The position numbers were made by a program, and so were the translations under genes. A model generated the notes under the pieces. It was not told the origin of the DNA. It saw nothing but the letters and a program-made list of their open reading frames with translations, and made no database searches. Below are positions 13,508 to 24,800 of a DNA stretch of 64,000 bases, piece by piece. Source of the DNA: Takakia lepidozioides (lineage: Eukaryota > Plantae > Bryophyta); assembly GCA_030704615.1 (NCBI GenBank), contig CM060731.1, positions 11,780,001 to 11,844,000 on the forward strand. Reading direction: 5' to 3'. How positions within the stretch are numbered: position 1 is the stretch's first letter; the number at the start of each line of letters is the position of its first letter.

Positions 13508-16500
13508 ACATGGAAAGTCCATGGTGACATCGTGAAAGCTGGAATTGTAGGGTTTGCGTTCTGAACACCGCCCTGGTGGACATGTATGCCGAATGTGGTC
13601 GCATTGAAGATGCGAAGGTAGTGTTCGACTGTAGCTCAACGAGATGTGGTGTCGTGGAGTGCGATGATCACATTGGCAGCAAGGCAAGGATGTATGCATG
13701 ATTGTACAGAGGCAGTGATAGCTGAAGGAGCAGGATAGAGTGTGGGTCCATATTCATCCAAGAGGATCGGATTTCAAGCTCCAGATTACCTATGGATCCC
13801 TCTGAAGAATAGCTACAAGAAACCTCCAGGGGTAGATGGTTAGCTGGAAGCGGCAGCTGTAGCGGCACAATTGATAAAATCAGGCACCTCAACCATGACC
13901 ACAGCTTCTGGAAGAGGATCAAGCGAGGGAGTCCACAATGCCTCTTCTGGCACTTATGGGCATGTGAAGATGCTTTATGAGGCAGGCAGACTGAAAGAGG
14001 CTCTACAAACTTTAAACCGAAGAGGCATTTCAGCATATGTAGATACGTATGTGTGTCTCTTGCATAAGTGCATCAAGATGAAAGGCCTAGAAGTTGGAAA
14101 GCAGGTGCACACTCACATTGTCCAAAGTGGTTTCACGCCGAGCGTTTTTCTACTCAACAACCTTGTCAACATGTATGTTAAGGGGAGCATCATGGATGAT
14201 CACCAAGCGTTCAACACATAATGCCTCAACGATCTTTGATCACGTGGAATATAATGTTGGCAGGATTACCAAGCATGGGCATGGTACAAATGCTTTGGAG
14301 ACCTGTGAGCAAATGATGCGCGAAGGGGTTGAGCCCAACCACATCGCGTTTGTATGTGTTTGCAATGCGTGTGCAAGCCTGGAAAAGGGGAACGAGGTCC
14401 ATGGTGACATCGGTCAAAGCTGGAATTGCACCGCATGTCATTTTGAACACTGCCCTGACCTGGACATGTATGCCAAATGTGGATGCATTGAGGATGCAAA
14501 GGGAGTTTTTGACACTATGGCTAAACGAGATGTGGTGTTGTGGAGTGCGATGCTTGCAGGGTATGCACAACAGGGACGTGGGATGGAGGCTTTGGAGACC
14601 TATGATCCAATGATGGGGGAGGGGGTGAAGCCCGGCCACTTTGTGTGCATTTGCAATGCTTGTGCAAGCCTGGCAGCCCTGGACAAGGATAAAGAGGTGC
14701 ATGGGGATATCATCAAAGCTGGAATTGTACCAAATGTCATTCTAAACACTGCCCTGGCAGCTCTGGAAAAGGGGAAAGAGGTCCATGGCGACACCTTCAG
14801 AGCTGGAATTGTACCAAATGTCAGTCTGAACCATACCCTGGTGGACATGTATGCGAAATGTGGGTGCATCAAGCCTGGACGAGGGCAAAGAGGTGCATGG
14901 GGTATCATCAAAGCTGGAATTGTACCAAATGCCATTATGAACACTGCCCTGGCACCTCTGGAAAAGGGGAAAGAGGTCCATGGCCACATCTTCAGAGCTG
15001 GAATTGTACCAAATGTCATTCTGAACCATACCCTAGTGGACATGTTTGCAAAATGTGGGTGCAAAGGGATCTAGGATGCAAATGGAGTGTTCGACACTAT
15101 GGCTGAACGAGATGTGGTGTCGTGGAGTGCGATGCTTGCAAGGTATGCACGGCAGGGACATGGGATGGACGCTTTGGAGACCTATGAGCAAAGGATGGGG
15201 GAAGCACATCATGTTTGTGTGCATTTGCAATGCTTGTGCAAGCCTGGCAGCCGGCCTGGAGAAGGGCAAGAGGTGCATGGGGATATCATCAAAGCTGGAA
15301 TTGTGCCAAATGTCAATCTGAACACTACCCTGGCAGCTTTGGAAAAGGGGAAAGAGGTCCATGGTGACATCTTCAGAGTTGGAATTGTATCAGATGTCAT
15401 TCTGAACAAAACCCTGGTGAACATGTTTGCAAAATGTGGGTGCATCTAGGATGCAAAGGGAGTGTTTGACACTATGGCTGAACGAGATGTGGTGTCGTGG
15501 AGTGCGATGCTTGCATGGTATGCACGGCAGGGACGTGGGATGGAGGCTTTGGAGAGCTATGAGCAAATGATGGGGGAAGCTCATCATGTTTGTGTGCATT
15601 TGCAATGTGCGTGCAAGCCTGGCAGCCCTGGAGAAGGGCAAGAGGTGCATGGGGATATCATCAAAGCTGGAATTGTGCCAAATGTCAATCTGAACACTGC
15701 CTTGGCAGCTTTGGAAATGGGGAAAGATGTGCATGGCGACATCTTCAGAGCTGGAATTGTACCAGATGACATTCTGAACAATAGCCTGGTGAACATGTTT
15801 GCAAAATGTGGGTGCATCTAGGATTCAAAGGGAGTGTTCGACACTATGGCTGAACGACATGTGGTGTCATGGAGTGCGATATGATGTGCTTGCAGGGTAT
15901 GCACATCAGGGATGTGGAATGGAGGCTTTGGAGACCTATGAGCAATGGAAGCACATCATGTTTGTGTGCATTTGCAATGCTTGTGCAAGCCTAGCAGCCG
16001 GCCTGGAGAAGGGCAAAGAGGTGCATGGGGATATCATCAAAGCTGGAATTGTACCAAATGTCAATCTGAACACTGCCCTGGCAACTTTGGAAAAGGGGAA
16101 AGAGGTCCACATGGCGACATCTTCAGATCTGGAATTGTACCAAGGTGAATGCCTGTCAAATTACCAGATGCAAAGAGGTGCATTGTTGCATCGCCAAAGG
16201 CAGCAGCTGCAGCGGCACAGTTGATAAAGTCAGGCACCTCAACCATGACCACAACTTCTGGAAGAGGATCAAGAGAGGGAGTCCACAATGCCTCTTTTGG
16301 CACTTATGGGCATGTGAAGATGCTTTGGCAGGCAGACTGAAAGAGGCTCTACTGACTTTAAACCAAGGAAGCATTTCAGCAGATTCAAATACGTATGTCT
16401 GTCTCTTGCATAAGTGCATCAAGATGAAAGGCCAAGTGAAGCTAGAAAGCAGGTGCACACTCACATTATCCAAAGTGCACGCCAAATATTTTTCTACTCA

Positions 16501-18029
16501 ACACCCTTGTCAACATGTATGTTATGTGCGGGGGCATCATGGATGCTCACCAAGTGTTCAACATAATGCCTCAACGATGTTTCATCACGTGGAACACGAT
16601 GCTTGCAGGGTGTGCACAGCAGGGGCGTGGTATGGAGGCCTTGGAGAATGTGGTGAGGGCACCTTCTTCTTCGACCTATTTCAGCCTATTTTTCCCTCTC
16701 ATCAGACTCGGCCCTGAATTTACATATTGAATCGTCGAGGACAATGTGGTGAGGGCACCTTCTTCTTCGACCTATTTCAGCTTGTTTTGCCCTCTCATCA
16801 GACTCGGCCCTGAGATGTATATTGAATTCTGTAAGTTTTGGGTGGATCTGTGGTGGTTTGGATGACTATGACAAGTAACTGCCGATGTGGCAACAGAAAA
16901 GTATCCAAAACAGATAACAGAGATGAGGAGAAGGTGTGGAATGAATACTTTGTTGACCCCAATGAATGGTGGAACAATCGAGGCAGAAAGTTGAATGCCT
17001 ATTAGATGACAGAGAGTAGCAGACGTAATTCAGCATAGGAACTAGTGTGATTGGGTGTTTCCTAGGTTGTCATTGTCAGCTGCTAGCAGCAAGGGCAAGG
17101 ATGAATGCATGATTTGTGCAGAGGCATGGATAGCTGAAGGAGAAGGGATAGAGTGTGGGTCCAGATTCATTCAAGAGGGCCAGACTTCAAGCTCCAGATT
17201 ACCTGTGATTCCATGTGGATCAATAGCTACAAGAAACCTAAATGGGTAGATGGTCAACTAAAGGCAATAGCTGCGGCGGCACAGTTGATAAAATTAGGCA
17301 CGTCCTTAACCATGACCGCAGCTTCTGAAAGAGGATCAAGAGAGGGAGTCCACAATGCCTTTTCTGCGGGGCATGTGAAGATGCTTTGTGAGGCCGGTAG
17401 ACTGACAAAGGCTCTAGGTCTAGAAGCTGGAATCAGGTGCACACTCACATTATCCAAAGTGGATTCATGCATGTTTTTTCTACTCAACACCCTTGTCAAC
17501 ATGTATGTTAAGTACGGGAGCATCATGGATGCTTGCCAAGATTTCTACAGATGCCTCAGCGATCTTTGATCATGTGGAATATAATGTTGGCAGGATTTAC
17601 CAAACATTGGTGTGGTAGGAATGCTTTGGCGACCTATGAGCAAATGTTGCGCAAAGGGGGTGCCCAACCACATCACGCTTCCGCATGTTTGCAATGCGTG
17701 TGCAAGCCTGGGACCTCTGGAAAAGGGGAAAGCGGTCCATGGTGACATCATCAAAGCTGGAATTGTACGAGATGTCATCCTGAACACTCCCCTGGTGGAC
17801 GTCTATGCCAAATGTGGGTGCATTAAGGATGCAAAGGGAGTTTTCAACACTATGGCTGAACCAAATGTGGTGTCATGGAACGCAATGCTTGCAGGGTATG
17901 CAAAGCAGGGACATGGTATGCAGGCTTTGGAGACCTATGATCAAATGATGGGGGAAGGGGGCGCACCTTCTTCAATAGCACAACGGCTACAAGTGGGTAG
18001 ATGGTCAACTGGAAACAGCAATGGCAGCA
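13508..18029 (+). pseudogene. Degenerate PDF-motif plus PLS-class pentatricopeptide-repeat gene array
   Basis: Repeated LVDMYAKCGCIEDAKGVFDTMAKRDVVLWSAMLAGYAQQG.G.EAL and CNACASLAALEKGKEVH motifs. The leader LCEAGRLKEAL..YVCLLHKC recurs near 13.97, 16.32 and 17.38 kb. PDF exons lie near 13.76 and 17.17 kb. Many stops and frameshifts. Confidence 0.9.
14380..16145 (+). repeat. Tandem amplification of a roughly 375-bp PPR unit
   Basis: Near-identical ORFs at 15087-15449 and 15462-15821, with a shared in-frame TAG (atctagga) at about 15072, 15447 and 15819. Confidence 0.85.
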
Positions 18030-19041
18030 TGTCAAACGGCTTTTACACACCCATCCCTTCGCTATCCGAGGTGGAAACTCCAAGATAGAAGAGTTGGATA
18101 TCTCTAAGCACTCAGCTCGCTCAGTACAATCAGTCATGACCTGCAGCTAGTGAATCATGGTTGTGCTTCCCCATTTGTATTCCCTCTTGCCTTCATGTTA
18201 TCAATTTACCTTATCTGATACTGAAGCATCAGATTGCTTCAGTATCTTCTTAGTTCCAGTTAATCATGCATTCATTTCACAGCTTCACTCATGTCTCTCT
18301 ACACAGTGTGCTTGTATCGAATAAATATCAGATTATGATTTATCAGGTACTAGGCCAATGTCAAGGTGACTCTAATCCGCCCTACAGTATCACTACAGCT
18401 CTCCTGAAATAAACCTCCATCAAGTCATCAACTCCTCTTCTGAGTAATCGTCATCCCTGTGCTCCAAGATCGTGCCATCCATCTGACCTTTTCCCTGATG
18501 TCTAAGAAGTGATCCCCAAGAAGTGATTCCTTAGAAGTGATTCCCCAGAAGTCACCGCTCTTCGCTTTATCTACCTACAAGCTGTTCTAACCGCCTTGCT
18601 AACTAACCATCACCCCTGTACTGTGACAACTGTGCAAAACTGCGTTGGCTGTGTGAAGCTGTGACGGGCTGTGACTGGTTGTGATTGGCTGTGACGAACT
18701 GTGACGGGCTGTGACGACTATGACGGGTTGTGACTGGTTGTGTCGGCTGTGTCGGGCTGTATCGGGCTGTGTTGGCTGTGGCGGCTGTGACTGACTGTGA
18801 TTGGCTGTGACAAACAATGACGGGCTGTAACGACTGTGACGGCTGTGCCGGCTGTGTCGGGCTGTATCGGGTTGTGTTGGCTGTGGCGGCTGTGACTGGC
18901 TGTGTCGGGCTGTGTAACCCCCCCCCCCCTAAAGCCTGCTGCTGTCACCCCTAAGGCTCCTGTTGGTCTCAGTCTGTGTAAAAATTAAGGGTACCCCAGA
19001 GAACCTATAAAAGCATTAAAGTCCCAAGCAGCCCTCTAACA
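18030..19041 (-). repeat. 3' LTR of Gypsy-1, with a GGCTGTG microsatellite-like tract at about 18645-18915
   Basis: tgtcaaacgg...ctctaaca matches 29606-30648. Confidence 0.95.
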
Positions 19042-19214
19042 TTTACCCCTCCCCCTCTCAAAAAGCCGTGTCCTCACGGTTTACTATTTAGGATTAGCAA
19101 ACCTTTGTGATCGAACACCCTTCTGACGGTGAGACTCCGTGTGCAAGCCCGAGTCTTGTCACTGGTTGACGGAGATGATTGAGCACTACCCGGAAATGTC
19201 AGACCCTCCTTTGG

Positions 19215-20138
19215 CTAATATCGAGGTAACCTCTCAGGCATAGGAGATCCCCGTCGTTTCTTCTCTGCCATCTGAATTGCATAGTCCTCTGCCATGTCAA
19301 AAGAGTCCGCTGAAGAATCAGTAGTATCAGAATCATCGTCCCCCCTGAGGTGTTTTAACGGCCGAACTCTAACTGGAATCCTCTGGGGCATACAATGTGG
19401 TCCCACCATGTCTGGAAGTTTAAATTGTAGAACTTGCTGTAAGCGCTTAATGGCAAAATTGGTGAACACCCTGAACTCCTTGTCTGTCCAGATGAGTGGT
19501 GTGCCAATGACTTGAGAACAGTGCAAGTATTTCCATGCCTCATGTCCCTTAACGAAAATATCGTCAGGGCCGAATTTCTGTGTTGACAAATTGTTCCAGG
19601 CCGAATGAAACCATGAACGAAGTTGGGAATCCTTTTAACTGCAAAGCAGCTTTTGTATCTTCTAACTCTTGCTGTAGTTTGAGATTGACCTCCTCAGCGA
19701 CTTTGTTTGCACACTCAGTGGCAAGTCGAGCCTCAAACTCATTTCTGAGCTCCTCCCTCAAAGTTGCCAATTGGGTAGATGGAACATGGGATTCACATAA
19801 GTGCCCAACAAATTAAGTGTTCTGCTTATGGAACTCATAAGCATGGCCTGCTGAGGGTCATCATGGTGAGTTTGCTGCTGTTCTCCCTGATCCTCAATAG
19901 TGTGATGCCTCACGAACCATTCAGACCATTGCCCCACCAGATTTTCTTCCTGAACCATCTCATCCGCCACTGGTGCTGCAGTGTTTTGATATTCTACCCC
20001 TGGTACCTCCGTCACAGGTGTGGGTATTACATGCACAGCAGGGTTTCCCCTAGACAACCGCTGCACCTCTGGAATCACTGTTTCCCTTACCAAGCCAGAA
20101 TTTTCATAGAGAAGGTCACCTTTCTCAATTTCGGCCAC
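19215..20138 (-). pseudogene. Fragmented extra 3' ORF(s) of Gypsy-1, with a coiled-coil-like segment
   Basis: Overlapping ORFs 19758-20138, 19564-19770 and 19215-19589 lie between pol and the 3' LTR. Confidence 0.45.
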
Positions 20139-20339
20139 GACCTACTCTGTACTGGGAATGTCCAACCTTTCTCTTTCCAGAGCAATTGGGGGTGATGCCA
20201 CAACATATACTAACTGTGGAACCTCTAAAACAACATAGTCAATTGGTTGTGGTGGCTGTGGTATCGAAGTGACTTCCTCTTCCCTCTCTGAAGGCCCTGC
20301 TTCCAATAATAACAGCTCTTTGTGCTGATGTGCCCCATC

Positions 20340-21737
20340 CTACACAAGAGCTTGAGAAACATTATCGTGCGGTTTCCGTGAAGCTAGTGGATCCACCACT
20401 ACAGTCATACCCCGCCTCTGTCTCTTAGTTTGATGTTGCCCTGCCAATCCACCCTCACTGTGTGAAGAGCCTTGCTCTTCAATTGCAGTGGTTTCTGCCT
20501 CAAACACTCCCATCTCCTTTCTTTCCCGAGTATCAAATATGCAAGAATCAAGAATTATTTGAGCAATGATTGGTCCAGACACAATGATCGGAGACTTTGC
20601 AGCAGTGCCCTGTAACCTCTTCATCTCGTCCACCAATCCGTTGTACATTAACGCTGCCCAAGCGACATCCTCTCCCCTCAAAGCTTTCAGGATCTCCTCT
20701 GTGAAGGACCTGCTCAAATACTGTTGGTTCTGTTTCATGGCAAACAGAACGTTCAAGAATTGGCCAACTTCCCTAAGTCCTGGGTACTCGGCTTTGGTAC
20801 AAGCAAAACCTTGAGTTTTAAAGAAACTCCCTTCTTGGATCAGATTCCCTATTTGCAATCTTGCCTTGTGCTCATCTACATCCACATGTCCTGATGGCAA
20901 ATCAAACAATTGTTGCTGGTATTGGGGAGTAATTTCTATATCTACTCCCCTCACCTGAGTAACTCCTGTCCGAGGCTCAAAGTTCTGAAGAAATTGTATC
21001 ATGAACTGCCAATGATGCAAGGACCAGTCCTTGCGTAGCAATCCCTCCAATTGCAGCTCCTTCGATAGCTGCACCACTTGTGGTGTAGCAATTGTTTGCT
21101 TCTGTAAGATTGTGGTGCTCTTCACCCTGATATCCTCCATACCTCTCACTCTCTTCATTCTAGACAAATAGAAAGGTTTTGGTTGCAACAACTGAAGAAA
21201 CGCCTGCAGGGCACAAAGCATAAAAGTATGGTTGGCGCAGAATGAAATGGGTAAGTGCTTGTAAGCCTGTGGGGCTTGCAAGTATCCATTTAGAGAAAAT
21301 GTACTCTCCGTTCGTCCGTCCTTGTGCCACTGCGTAAGTAGTAATGCAAGTGTATAGTCTGTTAATTCCGCCATAGCTTCAAAGCTATAGCTTTGATTGT
21401 CTCTCCCGTCGAGACGCCCGTTACTTGGAACAACGCCGACTCTTGCGCTCATAATTCCTCTAAATTCTTGATCTTGCTTCTTGGAAAATACCCTCTGCAG
21501 GTAATTCGGGCTCATGATTGGCTGTTGGCTCTGTGATTGGTTTTGTGATTTCATTCCCTTCCGTGGATTTTCCCTCCTGGACTGTCCACTAGGATAGCAC
21601 ATGTGACAAGGATTTCGCTTTTCGGTACTTGTAAAGGGTTCCGTTACCCGTTCCCTGTATGCATTAATGGGCCCACAATTCGTTTGGACTGATGTGTCGG
21701 GTAGGTACTTTGACGGCCAAATTTGGCTGTGTGGCAC
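20340..21737 (-). CDS. Extra ORF downstream of integrase in Gypsy-1, function unknown
   Basis: 465-codon open frame on the same strand as pol, with no recognised motif. Confidence 0.55.
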   Translation of the reverse strand: MPHSQIWPSKYLPDTSVQTNCGPINAYRERVTEPFTSTEKRNPCHMCYPSGQSRRENPRKGMKSQNQSQSQQPIMSPNYLQRVFSKKQDQEFRGIMSARVGVVPSNGRLDGRDNQSYSFEAMAELTDYTLALLLTQWHKDGRTESTFSLNGYLQAPQAYKHLPISFCANHTFMLCALQAFLQLLQPKPFYLSRMKRVRGMEDIRVKSTTILQKQTIATPQVVQLSKELQLEGLLRKDWSLHHWQFMIQFLQNFEPRTGVTQVRGVDIEITPQYQQQLFDLPSGHVDVDEHKARLQIGNLIQEGSFFKTQGFACTKAEYPGLREVGQFLNVLFAMKQNQQYLSRSFTEEILKALRGEDVAWAALMYNGLVDEMKRLQGTAAKSPIIVSGPIIAQIILDSCIFDTRERKEMGVFEAETTAIEEQGSSHSEGGLAGQHQTKRQRRGMTVVVDPLASRKPHDNVSQALV

Positions 21738-21882
21738 CGTGATGGGCTGTGATAGGCTGTGTCACACTCGTACTGCCCGCCTTGATCATATACGCTCGGC
21801 TTAGCGACAAATGCTCCATACTCCGTTGGTATCACTGGCGCAGCCCGTGACTGCTTTTGCGTTTGAACATGCAAATCGTGCT

Positions 21883-24800
21883 TCAATGGTTTGTCATGGA
21901 TACCACTGTACCCCTACAATTTATTGGCATTGACTCTTCCCAGCATCTCTTTGTTAATGGTTGGTAACATGGCTGTGTTGTTATCAACATCTTCTGTATG
22001 ACATAAGGTCCCTTCCATGGCGACTTAAGCTTAGAAGCTTTAATCTTTCCTTTCTTCTGCAACCAGAGAACCAAATCTCCCGTCTTAAAAGTCTTTAATT
22101 TGCCTTCATCAAACTGTTCCTTCCTCTTCATCTGAATTCTGGTCATGGTTATCAGCTGCATCAGCACGTACTTCTTCCACATGGTATAATTCAGTTTCCT
22201 TACCTTAATTGAATCTTCCATTCCATTCTTTTCCCCATTCCGTTCTCATGGTAGGTAACAAGAATTCCACTGGAAGTAAAGCTTCCACTAATTGGAATGG
22301 TGTATACTTAGTGGTAACTTTATATGAAGTCTTATATGACACACAGCAGCATTGTCAGCAGCTTTATCCCAATCCGTTGCTGTTGCATTGACTATCTTAG
22401 CCAAGATAGTACATAGTATTTTGTTGGTAGCCTCTGCCTGCCAATTACCCTGTGGGTAATACGTTGCACTCTTCCTATGCACAATCATGAACTCTTTAGT
22501 CAATAGATCAATGGTCTCATTAATGAAGTGACTTCCCTGATCACTGATAAATTCCAAGGGACAACCAAATCGTGTAAGTATGTTCTCATACAGGACCTTG
22601 CGTGGACTGTGGCTGGATGTGTGTCCCTCAGAGCTTTAGCTTCCACCCATTTGTAGTATAATCGTGGCTGTTTGTTGTAATTATATACTTGTTCTGTGTA
22701 TTCTTGGCCGGGGTTAATTGGTCCGACAAAGTCTAGTCCCCATTTCTGAATGGTTCAGTAGGGCATCGTAGGGATGCAAAGCCATCTTCCCAGATCTCTG
22801 CAAGGGTCCCAGCCTCTGACATTCATCACAACTCTGACAATCCTTGTGTTACATCCTTGAACAAAGTAGGCCACCAGTAACCTGCAAGTAGTATCTTCCT
22901 ACTGGTAGTTCTCTCTCCAAAATGTCCTCCAGCCACTCCTTTATGAACTTCCTCAAAACTTTATTACTTCATGGTGGTACAAGCACGTTTAAGTACTCCA
23001 TCAGGTCCTCGCTTATACATTTTGCCTCCTACCATAGTTAAGATAAAGCCTTGATAGCGATTCTCTTCTCTACTCCTTACCATAACTAGTTGGGCACTGA
23101 CCATGAGTAAGATAGTATCTGATGGCCACTGCCAATCTAACCATTCATTCTGCACCCTTGCACCTCCATTGCAAATAAACTTGCATCAGGCAATTGGTCG
23201 TCTACTCCTGTGGCGGGCTCTCCTGTTGTTAGGCGTGACAAATGATCTGCCACAAGATGCAAACGGCCAGGCTTGTAAACAATTTTGAACTCAAACTCGT
23301 GCAAGATTATTAACCACCTTGCTATCCTTCCACTTATCAAGGTTTGTTCACCAGATATATCAGAGCCTGGTGATCCACCATAAAACATAAACTTTCTTCC
23401 CAATAGGTAATGCCTGAATTTCTTGATGCATAAATCATTGCAGTGCTTCTCTTTCAGTTGTGCTATAGTTCCTTTCAGCGCTGTTCATCAACCTGCTAGC
23501 ATAGTACACAGGTGTGATGAATCTATATTTCCTATAACATTTTGGGCTAACACCGCTCCCAACGCTTCTCCTGAGGCAATCACAGTGAAACATGAAAATA
23601 CTACATGCCAGTGAGGGTTATCAGACAGGTGTAGTTGTTACTGACAATGTAAGTTCCTCAAAAGCCTGTTGACATTCAGCTGTCCATGCAAACACTGCAT
23701 CTTCTTCAGAAGCTTGCTCAATGGTGCGGCTATCTGTGCATACTTTTTGACAAATCTTCTGTAATAACTGGTTTGTCCAAGGAATCTCCTTAGACTCTTA
23801 ACATTTACTGGTGGTGGAGAGGCTTTAATGGCCTCTGTTTCTTGGGATCCACAAGAGTCCCCTCCTACACACAATGTTGTCCCAACAGCACCCCTGAGTC
23901 ACACAGAAAGTACACTTCTCTGGATTCAGGCCCAGACCTCTCATCCTGCATCTGGCCAACATAACTCCAATTTATGCAAGTGCTATTTTTGAGCTGTACA
24001 CACTGAAAATCCAGAACAACCCTGCATGAAAATCATCCAGATACTCATGAAAGATTCACTTATCACTCTCTGAAAGATTGCTGGTGCATTACAAAGTCCA
24101 AAAGGCATGACTTTGTATGCATAAGCACCCCAGTCTGTGATGAAAGCTGTTTTTCCCTGGTCTTCTTCTGCCACTTGCCACTTGATTATATAAACCACTG
24201 AAGCCATCCATGAATGAGTACATCTCATGGCCCCAGCAGAGTTCCAATACCGCTTCTGTGAATGGCAATGGGAAAGGATCTTTCTTCGTGCAAGCATTCA
24301 ACTTCTATAGTTCACACAAACTCTCAGTTTACCATTCTTCTTGGGACTATCACAATGGGTGACAACCAAGTTGTATACTCTATCGGGTATATAAACTTAG
24401 CCTCTGCCAACTTCTTGATCTCTTTCCAACCTTCCGTTGCATAGTGGGATTCATTCTGTACCTTGCCTGTTTGATTGGTACTGACCTGGTTCCAGTTCAA
24501 TCTTATGCTGACAGATCTCAGGTGTATCCCTTTAGATCCTCGTAGCTCCAAACAAATACATCTCTGTATTTGATGAACAAACTCTTAGCTTCCTCAAAGA
24601 ATTTCGGCTCCAAATCAGCCCCTACCTTCACATCCTCGGTTCCTCTTCAGTTCCCACATTCACTCTCACCTGCTCATCAGCTGTGATTGTCCAACCAGTC
24701 ACCACTTCATCCTGTAAACTCACAGTGGCTGGTTCCTCTAGGATTTCCATTTCTCCTGCGTTTTGATTCATAAAAATGTGGTGGGGAACTGCTTATTTCA

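Noticed and set aside
18645-18915. GGCTGTG tract as a telomere-like repeat or coding region
   Set aside because: It is an irregular microsatellite internal to both LTRs.
20340-21737. Retroviral env gene
   Set aside because: No clear signal peptide or transmembrane anchor by eye, so it is left as an unknown accessory ORF.
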